Below are positions 51,057-60,742 of a stretch of 64,000 nucleotides of DNA, in pieces. The stretch covers positions 142,419 to 206,418 of the forward strand of contig CAVWDA010000035.1 in the NCBI GenBank assembly GCA_963753455.1, written 5' to 3'. This DNA comes from an uncultured Alphaproteobacteria bacterium. GTDB taxonomy: Bacteria; Pseudomonadota; Alphaproteobacteria; Rhizobiales; Xanthobacteraceae. Position numbers and translations under genes: made by a program. Position 1 is the stretch's first letter. Every line of letters begins with the position of its first letter. The notes under the pieces are model-generated. The model saw nothing but the letters and a program-made list of their open reading frames with translations. It was not told where the DNA came from and searched no databases.

Positions 51057-52078
51057 GCCCAGCCTCCATCGGCGTAGACGTCGGTGGTTATGATATCGAG
51101 CGGCGGGTTAGGCGCGGCCTTGCAAGCCTCGGTAGCGTCGTCGACCACCTTGCGCACTTCGGTATCGATGGCCGCAATGACTTTCTCCGCAACGCCGAAT
51201 TGCAGCAGCCGTTCGCGATAGATCTTGATCGGGTCGCGCAGCTTCCAGCGATCGAGCTCGCCTTCCGGCCGATACTTCGCCGGATCGGCGCGCGAATGGC
51301 CGCTGTGACGATAGGTCAGACATTCGATCAGCGACGGGCCCTTGCCTGCGCGCGCCTTGTCATAAGCTGCTTGCGCGGTGCGATAGACCACGTCGGCATC
51401 GTTACCGTCGATCACAATGCGCTCGAGGCCATAGGCCGAAGCGCGGTCGGCAGCCGGCTGCGGCACCGCCGTGACGTCGCTGATCGGCGTGTATTCCATG
51501 TAGAGATTGTTCTCGCAGACGAAGACCACCGGCAGCTTCCACACCGCGGCGAAATTGAGCGCCTCGTGAAAGGCGCCGATATTGGTGGTGCCGTCGCCGA
51601 AGAAGCAGACCGAAACGTCCTTGTCGCCTTTGTACTGCGCGCGCCAGGCGGCGCCGCAGGCGATGGGCAGATGCGCGCCGATGATGGCGTAGGAGCCCAT
51701 GACACCGTGATCGACCGAGGTCAGATGCATCGAGCCGCCCTTGCCGCGCATCAGCCCGTTGTCGCGCTGCATCAGCTCGCCCAGCACCTTCTCGACGCTG
51801 ACGCCGCGCGCCAGCGTATGGGCGTGGCCGCGATAGGTGCAGAAGGAGAGATCGCCCTTCTTCATGGCGCCGGCAAAGCCGGCCGCCACCGCCTCCTGCC
51901 CGAGCGAAAGATGGCTGGTGCCCTTGACCAGATTCTGCAGGAACAGGTCGAAGGCGCGCTGCTCCGCGTCACGGATCGTCACCTGCATCCGGTACAACTC
52001 CAGGCGCTTGGCTTCACCGATATCGTCGTTCAAGCCCGCGCTGGCCGGGCCCGGCGCCCGGTCCTTTACTGTCGCCAT
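51044..52078 (-). CDS. TPP-dependent dehydrogenase E1 alpha (AcoA/PdhA-like)
   Basis: HLSLGQEA, TYRGH, GKGGSMH, FFGDG..ENN, TYRHSGHS..D; GAGGA RBS. Confidence 0.93.
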   Translation of the reverse strand: MATVKDRAPGPASAGLNDDIGEAKRLELYRMQVTIRDAEQRAFDLFLQNLVKGTSHLSLGQEAVAAGFAGAMKKGDLSFCTYRGHAHTLARGVSVEKVLGELMQRDNGLMRGKGGSMHLTSVDHGVMGSYAIIGAHLPIACGAAWRAQYKGDKDVSVCFFGDGTTNIGAFHEALNFAAVWKLPVVFVCENNLYMEYTPISDVTAVPQPAADRASAYGLERIVIDGNDADVVYRTAQAAYDKARAGKGPSLIECLTYRHSGHSRADPAKYRPEGELDRWKLRDPIKIYRERLLQFGVAEKVIAAIDTEVRKVVDDATEACKAAPNPPLDIITTDVYADGGWAWRN

Positions 52079-52117
52079 GAATGATCCTCGAAGGGTCGAA
52101 TTCCAATTTATTGTTTT

Positions 52118-52164
52118 CGCACGATCTTTTCCGAAAACCGGTAGCCATTTTCCGGGATCATGCG
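52118..52164. repeat. RIME/motif C-like palindromic element (family B)
   Basis: CGCACGATCTTTTCCGAAAACCGGTAGCCATTTTCCGGGATCATGCG. Confidence 0.7.
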
Positions 52165-52211
52165 CAAGGTGGCGGGAACTTAGCCCCGATACCGAAGGGC
52201 TCGCAACTCTC

Positions 52212-53132
52212 CTATTCGAGCGGTCCTTCGACCACCCCTTCGCTGGTGGTTGTCTTGCCCAACTTGCGCTCCCGATACAGCAAGTAAAGGCCGGAACTGA
52301 TGACGATGGTGGCTCCCGCCATGGTCCAGCTATTCGGCACATGGTCGAACACCAGATAGCCGAGGATCACTACCCAGATAAGCTGGGTATAGACGAAGGG
52401 CGAGAGCACCGCCGCAGGAGCGAGACGGTGGCCCGAAATCAGGAAAAAGTGCCCGGCGCTGCCGAGCACACCGGTTCCCACCAGCATCAGGGCGATCGCC
52501 CAGCTCTTCGGCGTGGTCCAGACGAACGGGATGACCGGCAGCAATAGGACCGCGCCGACGAAATTCGTAAAGAACAGCGAGGTCTGGTTGGAGTCGACCC
52601 GCGAAACGATGCGTGTGATCACCGCGTAGAACCCGTAGCAGATGGTGCCGGCGAGCGTGATGAGCGCCGCCGGGTGCATGCCGCCAAAGCCGGGCCGCGT
52701 GATCAACAGCACGCCACCAAAGCCGACGCAGATCGCCGACCAGCGCCGCCAGCCGATCCATTCGCCCAGCATCGGCCCCGAGACGATGGCGACGATGAAC
52801 GGAAAGGTGAAAATGATCGACAGCGCCTCGTCGAGCTGCAGCCAGCGCAAGGCCACGAAATTCATCGCGGTCGATGCGACCAGCAGGACCGAACGCGTGA
52901 TCTGCAGCTTCAGCCGTTTGGTGCGGAGCAAGGCCGGATGGGTGAGCGGATTGGAGACGATCAAAGTCAGCACGAAGGCGCTGGTATAGCGCGCCCAAGC
53001 GATCTGCAGGCTGTCCATATCGGCATTGAGATATTTCGCCGTGGTATCAAGACAGGCGAACAGCGCCACCGCCCCGCACATCAAGACAATGCCGGTGAGC
53101 CGCTGGCGGCGATGGTGCGCGTGATCGGTCAT
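52212..53132 (-). CDS. EamA/DMT family transporter
   Basis: About ten TM segments; LGEWIGWRRW, LSPFVYTQL. Confidence 0.9.
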   Translation of the reverse strand: MTDHAHHRRQRLTGIVLMCGAVALFACLDTTAKYLNADMDSLQIAWARYTSAFVLTLIVSNPLTHPALLRTKRLKLQITRSVLLVASTAMNFVALRWLQLDEALSIIFTFPFIVAIVSGPMLGEWIGWRRWSAICVGFGGVLLITRPGFGGMHPAALITLAGTICYGFYAVITRIVSRVDSNQTSLFFTNFVGAVLLLPVIPFVWTTPKSWAIALMLVGTGVLGSAGHFFLISGHRLAPAAVLSPFVYTQLIWVVILGYLVFDHVPNSWTMAGATIVISSGLYLLYRERKLGKTTTSEGVVEGPLE

Positions 53133-53238
53133 AGGACGCTATATTTCCGGCGGATCGCAATATCTCCGTAGCCAAGCTGTGGCATGCTGGCGAGCGCAAA
53201 TGTCTTAGCGCATGACCGGCATGCAGGGCGAATGTCCA

Positions 53239-54552
53239 ATGATGCTTGAAATCGACCGCCGGCCGACCTTCGCCGAAGCATTCAAGGTCTGGTTCAAGAT
53301 CGGCTGCCTGTCGTTCGGCGGGCCGGCCGGTCAGATTGCGTTGATGCATCGAATCGTCATCGACGAGAAGAAATGGCTCGACGAGCCGCGTTTCCTGCAC
53401 GCGCTGAATTTCAGCATGCTGCTGCCGGGACCGGAAGCGACCGAACTCGCCACTTACGTCGGCTGGCTGCTCCACGGCGTGCGCGGCGGCCTTGCCGCCG
53501 GCATCCTCTTCGTGCTGCCGGGCGCATTGGTGATGCTGGGCCTGAGCCTGCTTTACGCCTATGGGCGAGGCTTAGGTCCGGTCGACGGCGCGCTGTTCGG
53601 CATCAAGGCCGCGGTGCTGGTGATCGTGGTCGAGGCGCTGATCCGCATCGGCAAGCGCGCGCTCAAGAGCCACTTGCTAGTGGCGATGGCGGCGCTCGGA
53701 TTCATCGCGATTTTTTTCTTTGCCGTTCCGTTCCCGCTGATCGTCGCGGCGGCGGCGCTCATCGGCTTTATGGTCGCGCAGCGCGCGCCGGATCAATTGG
53801 CATTGTCCGATACCGATGCGGCCGCGATGGACAGGCCCCGCGGGCGATGGCGGCAATTCGGCCTTGCTGTAGCGATCGGCTTAGTCCTGTGGTGGGCGCC
53901 CGTTGCACTCGCAGCGTTCTCACTCGGCGGCAACCATGTACTGGTTGCAGTCGGCCTGTTCTTCTCCAAACTCGCCGTGGTGACTTTCGGCGGCGCCTAC
54001 GCGGTGCTCGCCTACATGGCGCAGCAGGCGGTGGAGACGCACGGCTGGCTCAGCGCGCCGGAGATGGTCGACGGGCTTGGCCTTGCCGAAACCACGCCAG
54101 GGCCGCTGATCCTGGTCACGCAATTCGTTGGCTTTCTCGCGGCGTTTCGCGACGCGGCGCCGTTCACGCCGCTCATGGCCGGATTGCTCGGCGCTGCGAT
54201 GACGACGTGGGTAACGTTCGTGCCGTCGATGCTGTGGATCTTCGCCGGCGCGCCGTTCATTGAACAACTGCGCGGCAACCGGCGGCTCGCCGGCGCGCTC
54301 GCCGCCATCACCGCCGCGGTGGTCGGCGTCATCCTCAATTTGTCGGTCTGGTTCGCGCTGCATGTGCTGTTCGGCAGCGTCACCGAAAAACATTGGGGGA
54401 TGCTGCGTTGGTTCGCCTTCGATCCGCGCGCGCTCGACACCCACGCCGCCATCCTCGCCGTGACCGCGGCCATCCTGGCGTTTCGATTTCACCGCAGCCT
54501 GATCGAGGTCATTGTTGCCATGGCGCTACTTGGCATCGTCACGCAATACTGA
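53239..54552 (+). CDS. chrA: Chromate efflux transporter (long-chain CHR)
   Basis: SFGGPAGQIA, LPGPEA, TFGGAYAVL, AETTPGP. Confidence 0.92.
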   Translation: MMLEIDRRPTFAEAFKVWFKIGCLSFGGPAGQIALMHRIVIDEKKWLDEPRFLHALNFSMLLPGPEATELATYVGWLLHGVRGGLAAGILFVLPGALVMLGLSLLYAYGRGLGPVDGALFGIKAAVLVIVVEALIRIGKRALKSHLLVAMAALGFIAIFFFAVPFPLIVAAAALIGFMVAQRAPDQLALSDTDAAAMDRPRGRWRQFGLAVAIGLVLWWAPVALAAFSLGGNHVLVAVGLFFSKLAVVTFGGAYAVLAYMAQQAVETHGWLSAPEMVDGLGLAETTPGPLILVTQFVGFLAAFRDAAPFTPLMAGLLGAAMTTWVTFVPSMLWIFAGAPFIEQLRGNRRLAGALAAITAAVVGVILNLSVWFALHVLFGSVTEKHWGMLRWFAFDPRALDTHAAILAVTAAILAFRFHRSLIEVIVAMALLGIVTQY

Positions 54553-54554
54553 AA

Positions 54555-55341
54555 TCAGCGTTCGCGTTTGACCGCGCTCTCGTGCCAACGGCGCAGGCAG
54601 AGATAATTCACAAACGACAGCACGAAGAAAATTGCCACGCCAGCCGCCGAAAGCAGCAGCAGTGCGGCGAACATGCGCGGGATGTTGAGCCGGTAGCCGG
54701 ACTCGGCGATGCGATAGGCGAGCCCCGAGCCCGCGCCGGCGGAGCCGGCGGCGATTTCCGCCACCACCGCGCCGATCAGCGATAGGCCTCCGGCAATGCG
54801 CAGGCCGGCGAGCATCTGCGGCAGTGCCGCCGGCAGTTTCAGGTTCCACAGCAACTGCCAGCGCGACGCCTCATAGAGCTCGAACAGCGCGATGAGATTG
54901 TGGTCGACCGAACTCAGGCCCAGCGTGGTGTTGGCGAGTACCGGGAAGAACGCCACGATCCAGGCGCAGGCCAGCACCGCTAAGGGCTGCGGCAAATAAA
55001 TCAGTAGCAATGGTGCGATGGCGACGACCGGCGTTACCTGCAGGATCACCGCATAAGGATATAGCGAATATTCGATCAGCCGCGACTGGCTGAACAGAAC
55101 GGCTAAACCGATGCCGCCGATGGCGGCGAGCCCGAAGCCTTCGAAGGTGGTCGCAAGCGTCACCAGCAGCGAATGCCACAACAGCCCGCCGTCAGCGATC
55201 AAGGTACTCAGCACCAGGCCCGGACCAGGCAATACGTAAGGAGGAATGGCGAGGAGCTTGCACCACCGCATGCCAGGCCACGATAACCAGCACCAGCACG
55301 AAGGCCGGCAGTGCGATGCGCAGAAGCGCCCGCTCGCTCAT
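54555..55341 (-). CDS. NitT/TauT-family ABC permease (frameshift ~55265)
   Basis: PPYVLPGP, QVTPVVAIAP, GAVVAE; N-terminus MSERALLRIALP in another frame. Confidence 0.85.
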
Positions 55342-56099
55342 GGCGGGCCCCCCATCGCTTGGCCGAGCGCCTCGGAAACAATTCGACAATAGCCGGCATA
55401 ATCCGCCGAGGTGCGGAAGCGTTCGTCGCGCGGATAGGGCGCGGGAATCACGATTTCGGCAGAAACGCGGCCCGGGCGCGGCGTCATTACCACGATGCGC
55501 TGCGACAGATAGACCGACTCGAACACCGAGTGGGTAACGAAGATCACCGTTCGCCGCATCGCCTGCCACAGCGCCAGCAGGTCGTTATTGAGCTTGAAAC
55601 GGGTGATCTCGTCGAGCGCGGCGAACGGCTCGTCCATCAACAGCACGTGCGGATCGGTGACCAGCGCGCGAGCGATCGAGGCGCGCATTTTCATGCCGCC
55701 GGACAATTCGCGCGGATAAGCCTGCGCGACATCGGCGAGCCCAACGTGGGTCAACGCCTGCACCGCCGCGGCGCGCGATTGCGTCTCGTCCGCCCGCGCG
55801 AGCTTGAGCGGCAATCGCACATTGGCGGCCACGTCCGCCCAGGGCATCAGCGTCGGCTCCTGAAACACGAAGCCGATCTTGCCCGCCCCGCCCGGCCATT
55901 CGACCGTGCCCGCGCTCGGCGCGCTCAAGCCGGCGATGATGCGTAGCACAGTCGATTTGCCGCAGCCGGACGGCCCCAGCAGCGAAACGAATTCGCCGTC
56001 GCGCACCTTGAGGCTGAGACCGTCGAGCGCAACCGCGCCGCTGTCGAACGTTTTGCCGACGTCGCGCAGGGAGACGACCTCCGAGCCAGACGAAATCAT
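55338..56099 (-). CDS. NitT/TauT-family ABC ATPase
   Basis: GPSGCGKST, LSGGM, LMDEPFAALD. Confidence 0.92.
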   Translation of the reverse strand: MISSGSEVVSLRDVGKTFDSGAVALDGLSLKVRDGEFVSLLGPSGCGKSTVLRIIAGLSAPSAGTVEWPGGAGKIGFVFQEPTLMPWADVAANVRLPLKLARADETQSRAAAVQALTHVGLADVAQAYPRELSGGMKMRASIARALVTDPHVLLMDEPFAALDEITRFKLNNDLLALWQAMRRTVIFVTHSVFESVYLSQRIVVMTPRPGRVSAEIVIPAPYPRDERFRTSADYAGYCRIVSEALGQAMGGPP

Positions 56100-57088
56100 T
56101 TGGGCCGCAAATCCACGCCGACGCCCTTGTTGACGAACTGCAGCGTGTAGCCGCGCTTGTAGTTGAGGCCGGCCTTCACCACGCCGGCATGCACCATCTT
56201 GTCGTAGAAGCTCTGCCAGCGCGCATCGGTCATGGCGCCGATGCCGAGCTTGAGCGTATCGCCGGAATCGACAATGCCGTCCTGCTTCATCTGGGCGATG
56301 GAAAAGGCAAGCTGGTCGTCGGTCATTTCCGGGTTCTGCTGTTTGATGAGCGCATTGCCGGGACGCGGATCGCCGTAGAGGTAATGATACCAGCCGATCG
56401 CCGAGGCATCGACGAAGCGCTGCACCAGATCGGGCTGCTTGGCGACCAGATCGCGCCGCGTCTCGATCAGCGTCGAATAGCTGTTAAAGCCGTGGTCGGC
56501 GAGCAGGAATACGGCCGGCTTGAAATGCGCCTGCTGCTCGATCGCATAGGGCTCGGAGGTGACATAGCCCTCCATGGCCGAGTTCTTGTCGCCGAGGAAC
56601 GGCTGGGCATTGAAAGTATAAGGCTTCACCTTCGACTCGTCGAAGCCGAAATCCGCCCTCAGCCACTGGAAATACGTCACCATGCCTTCCTTCGAAACGA
56701 AGATGGTATGGCTCTTCAGATCCGCGAGCTTGCTCACGCCCCGATGCGCGATCAGCACCTGCGGGTCTTTCTGAAAACTCGCCGCCACCGCAACCGTCGG
56801 GATGTTGTGCTCGACCGCATCGAAGGTCTGCAGCGAATTGGCGCTCATAAAGAAGTCGAGCTTACCGACGGGCAAAAGGATGCGATTGTTCACGTTCGGC
56901 CCGCCGGGCACGATAGTCACGTCGAGCCCGTATTTCTTGTAAGTGCCGTCGGCGAGCGCCTGGTAGAAGCCGCCATGTTCGGCTTCCGCTACCCAATTGG
57001 TGCCGAAACGGACTTTGTCCAACGCTTGTGCCTGGGCCGCCGCCACAGTTGCGGCAAATCCCAATAAAATTGCGAAAAATCTCGTCAT
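56096..57088 (-). CDS. NMT1/THI5-like ABC substrate-binding protein
   Basis: Signal peptide; NWVAEAEHGGFYQA..YKKYGLDV, GYVTSEP. Confidence 0.88.
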   Translation of the reverse strand: MTRFFAILLGFAATVAAAQAQALDKVRFGTNWVAEAEHGGFYQALADGTYKKYGLDVTIVPGGPNVNNRILLPVGKLDFFMSANSLQTFDAVEHNIPTVAVAASFQKDPQVLIAHRGVSKLADLKSHTIFVSKEGMVTYFQWLRADFGFDESKVKPYTFNAQPFLGDKNSAMEGYVTSEPYAIEQQAHFKPAVFLLADHGFNSYSTLIETRRDLVAKQPDLVQRFVDASAIGWYHYLYGDPRPGNALIKQQNPEMTDDQLAFSIAQMKQDGIVDSGDTLKLGIGAMTDARWQSFYDKMVHAGVVKAGLNYKRGYTLQFVNKGVGVDLRPK

Positions 57089-57225
57089 CTACGGACTTTC
57101 ACATTGCCGACCCCGATCGGGCAAGCGTCGGCGCGAAGGTCATTGAACCTTTTGCGAGGGCGGAGCGACCCATGGTCACGCGGCCGATGAGGGCCGCCCC
57201 AGTTCAAACCCTATGGAGCCCCGCC

Positions 57226-57495
57226 ATGACCAAGTCCAAGACCATCGCCGCTGCGATTGCCGCTTTCACCCTCGCCGCCGCCTTCACAGCTATCGGCGGC
57301 CAAGCCCAGGCTCACCCGCATTTCGGCCACGGCTGGGGCATCGGCGCCGGCTTTGTCGCCGGCACGCTGGTCGGCGCGGCTGCAGCGTCAAATGCCTATT
57401 ACGCGCCCAGTTACACCGAATGCCATTATGTCGGCCGCTACGACCGCTGGGGCAACTTTTATCGCGTGAAGGTGTGCGACGTAGCCCCTTACTAG
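57226..57495 (+). CDS. Small exported Gly/Tyr-rich hypothetical protein
   Basis: GGAG RBS, signal peptide, GWGIGAGFVAGTLVGAAA glycine-zipper-like segment, C-terminal Cys pair. Confidence 0.7.
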   Translation: MTKSKTIAAAIAAFTLAAAFTAIGGQAQAHPHFGHGWGIGAGFVAGTLVGAAAASNAYYAPSYTECHYVGRYDRWGNFYRVKVCDVAPY

Positions 57496-57556
57496 GCTCA
57501 TTCATCCGATACGGTCGGCGCCGGTCCCCCCGTCCACCCTCGCGCCGATCGCTAAG

Positions 57557-57594
57557 ACCCGCCCGGCCAGTCCCCGTCCGGGCGGGTCGTTTTC
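57557..57594 (+). terminator. Rho-independent terminator-like hairpin
   Basis: GACCCGCCCGG-loop-CCGGGCGGGTC followed by GTTTT. Confidence 0.6.
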
Positions 57595-57598
57595 TTGG

Positions 57599-60562
57599 TC
57601 AGTCGCTGACGTCCAAGCTCATCGCCAAGACGCGAGCGACGTGCAACGCCTCGCGATCGGCGCCGTCGTGGATCTGATGCCGGCACGAGGTGCCGTCGGC
57701 GACGATCAGCGTGTCCGCCGACGCCTTGCGCACCGCCGGCAGCAGCGACAGCTCCGCCATCTTGAGCGAGACGTCGATGGTGTCGGCGTCATAGCCGAAC
57801 GCGCCGGCCATGCCGCAGCAACTCGACTCGATTGTCTGCACATCGAGCCCCGGAACCAGCTTGAGCACGCTCTCGACCGCGCCCATGGCGCCGAAGGCCT
57901 TCTGGTGGCAATGGCCGTGCAACAGCGCCTTTTTCGGCAGCGCGCATGAGCGGCAGATATAGGCGGCCTTCCTTTTGCTCGCGGGCGAGGAATTCCTCCA
58001 GCAGCATGGCCTGCGCCGTTAGCGCGTCCGACGGCGTCGCCTTTGAGCAGCGCGGCAGTCTCGTCGCGGAAGCTCAAGAGTGCAGCTCGGCTCGAGCCCA
58101 ATCACGGGCACGCCGCGCAGCACATAGGGCGCCAGCGCTGAAAGCGTGCGCTGCATCTCGTGCCGCGCCTCCTCGACCGCGCCGACCGCAAGGAACGTGC
58201 GCCCGCAGCACAGCGGTCGCGCGTCGCCATCCGTCGGCATCGCCGCATGGACATGATAGCCTCCTGCGACGAGCACGCTCAGCGCCGCATCGAGATTTTC
58301 GCGCTCGAAATATCGGTTGAAGGTGTCGGCAAACAGCACGGCCTCGCGCATCGGCGGAGCGGGCTCGTCCTCCGTCGCGCGTTTATAAGCCCAATCGGAG
58401 CGGTCGCGGTAAACGTCTTTGCGCCATTGGGGCAGGCTGCGACGGCCGGAAAAGCCGGCGAGCATCTCAAACGCTTTGCGCGCGGCGCGAATGTGGTCGC
58501 GCAGATTGGCGAGCCATGAAAAACGCGCGGCATAGGGCGCGTAATGCGGCAGGAAACTGACCAGCCGATCGTGCAGCCGCAGGCCGTGTTTGGCCAGGCG
58601 CGCGGCCTTCACCTCGATGCTCATGCGCGCCATGTCGACGCCGGTCGGGCATTCGCGCCGGCAAGCTTTGCAGGACACGCACAGCTTGAGCGTCTCCGCC
58701 ATTTCATCGGAGGCGAGTGCATCCGGGCCGAGCTGGCCGGTGATCGCCAGGCGCAGCGTATTGGCGCGCCCGCGCGTGACGTCGCGCTCGTCGCGGGTGG
58801 CGCGATAGCTCGGGCACATCACGCCGCCTGCCAATTTGCGGCAGGCGCCGTTGTTGTTGCACATCTCGACCGCGCCCTGGAAACCGCCGCCCGCGCCCGG
58901 AAACCCGGACCAGTCGAGCTGCGTCTTGATGTCTTCGCCTTTGATAGCCGGGCGCGTAGCGGAACAGGCTGCGGTCGTCGAATTTAGGCGGGCGCACTAC
59001 CTTGCCGGGATTGTAAAGACCATTGCGGGTCGAAGCGGTCCTTCACCTTCTCGAAGGCGCGGGCGAGGCGCGAGCCGAACATCGGCTCGTTGAATTCCGA
59101 GCGCACCAGCCCGTCGCCATGCTCGCCGGAATGCGAACCCTTGTATTCGCGCACCATGGCGAAGGCCTCTTCGGCGATTTCGCGCATGGCATGCACGTCT
59201 TTTTCCTGGCGCAGATTCAGGATCGGCCGCACATGCAGGCAGCCCGATCCCGCGTGCGCGTACCAGGTGCCGCGCGTGCCGTGTTTCTCGAAGATGGCGG
59301 TGAGACGGCTGGTGTAATCGGCGAGATGCTCGAGCGGTACCGCGCAATCCTCGACGAAGGACACCGGTTTGCCCTCGTCTTTCATCGACATCATGATGTT
59401 GAGGCCGGAAGTGCGCACCTCGGTGATGGCCGCTTGCAGATCGGCGTTGAGTACCTCGACCAGCGCCGCCCCATTTGTCGCCGCTCTTGTCCCAGGCAAA
59501 GCCGAGATCGCCCATCATCTCCTTGAGGCGACGCAAGCGGCGGAGATTTTCCTCGTGATCGGCTTCGCCGAATTCGACCAGCAGAATGGCCTCCGGCGTT
59601 TCGCGCACGAATTTGTCCAGCGTCGGCCGGAAGATCGGGATCTCGCGCGCGAGCTCGATCATGGTGCGGTCGATCAGTTCGACCGCGATCGGCAGCAGGT
59701 GTACGATGTGCTGCGCAGCATTCATCGCCTCGCGGAAGCTGCCGAAATGGCAGGCGCCGACAGCGCGGCGGCCGAGCAGCGACGACAGCTTCAGTTCGAC
59801 GCGTGTGGAAAAGCCAAGCGTGCCTTCCGAGCCGACCAGCACGTGGGCGAGATTGATGTCGTTCTTTCCCGGCACTAGCGCGTCGAGATTGTAGCCGCCG
59901 ACGCGGCGCTGCACCTTCGGAAACCGCGCGGCGACTTCGTCGGCCTCGCGCGCGCCGATCGCCAGCAGATCCTTGGCGAGCGGCCGCAACGGCGCCGGCA
60001 CGTCGTCGGCATTGCCGCCGATGCGGCCGAAATGCGCCAGCGTGCCGTCGGCCAACACGGCCTCGATCGACAAAACGTTATCGCGCATGGTGCCGTAACG
60101 CAGCGAACGGCCGCCGCAGGAATTGTTGCCGGCCATGCCGCCGATGGTGGCGCGCGAGGCGGTCGAGATGTCGACCGGGAACCACAGGCCGTGCGGCTTG
60201 AGCTGGCGGTTGAGATCGTCGAGCACGATGCCGGGCTCGACCGTGCAGCGCGCGCCCTTGATGTCGAGATCGAGGATACGGGTGAGGTATTTGGAACAGT
60301 CCACCACCAGCGAGGAACCGACGGTCTGCCCCGCCTGCGAGGTTCCGCCGCCACGCGCCAGCACGCTGACGCGCTCACTACGTGCGAGGCCTATCGCCCG
60401 TTCGGCTTCCTCTATCGTGCGCGGGGCAACCACGCCGACCGGCATGATCTGGTAATGCGAGGCGTCGGTCGCGTAACGGCCGCGGGTGAAGCGGTCGAAC
60501 TGCACGTCCCCGCTCAATTCGGCCTTCAGCCGCCGTTCCAGGCCGGGCATTACCACCGCCAC
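57599..60562 (-). CDS. FAD-binding/Fe-S oxidoreductase (GlcD-GlcF fusion, YdiJ-like); several frameshifts 57.9-59.5 kb
   Basis: RGGGTSQAGQ, GSEGTL, SGEHGDG, CNNNGAC, CVSCKACRRECP, CCG motifs across ORFs 58997-60562, 58984-59499, 58019-58864, 57599-57922. Confidence 0.88.
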
Positions 60563-60742
60563 GGCGCGTGTCCTTTTTTAGCCTCGTTTAGCCTATGCAT
60601 AGACGGGTTGTTTGCTCGCCGCGGAAAACCGCTTGACCGCAATGTTGCATTCATAGTTCAACGCCACAAGCGCCGCTCCCGCGCCGGGACCGGACCGTGG
60701 TCAAGCCACGAAAATCTTTGAAAAGCGGTGGTTTAGGAGCGA

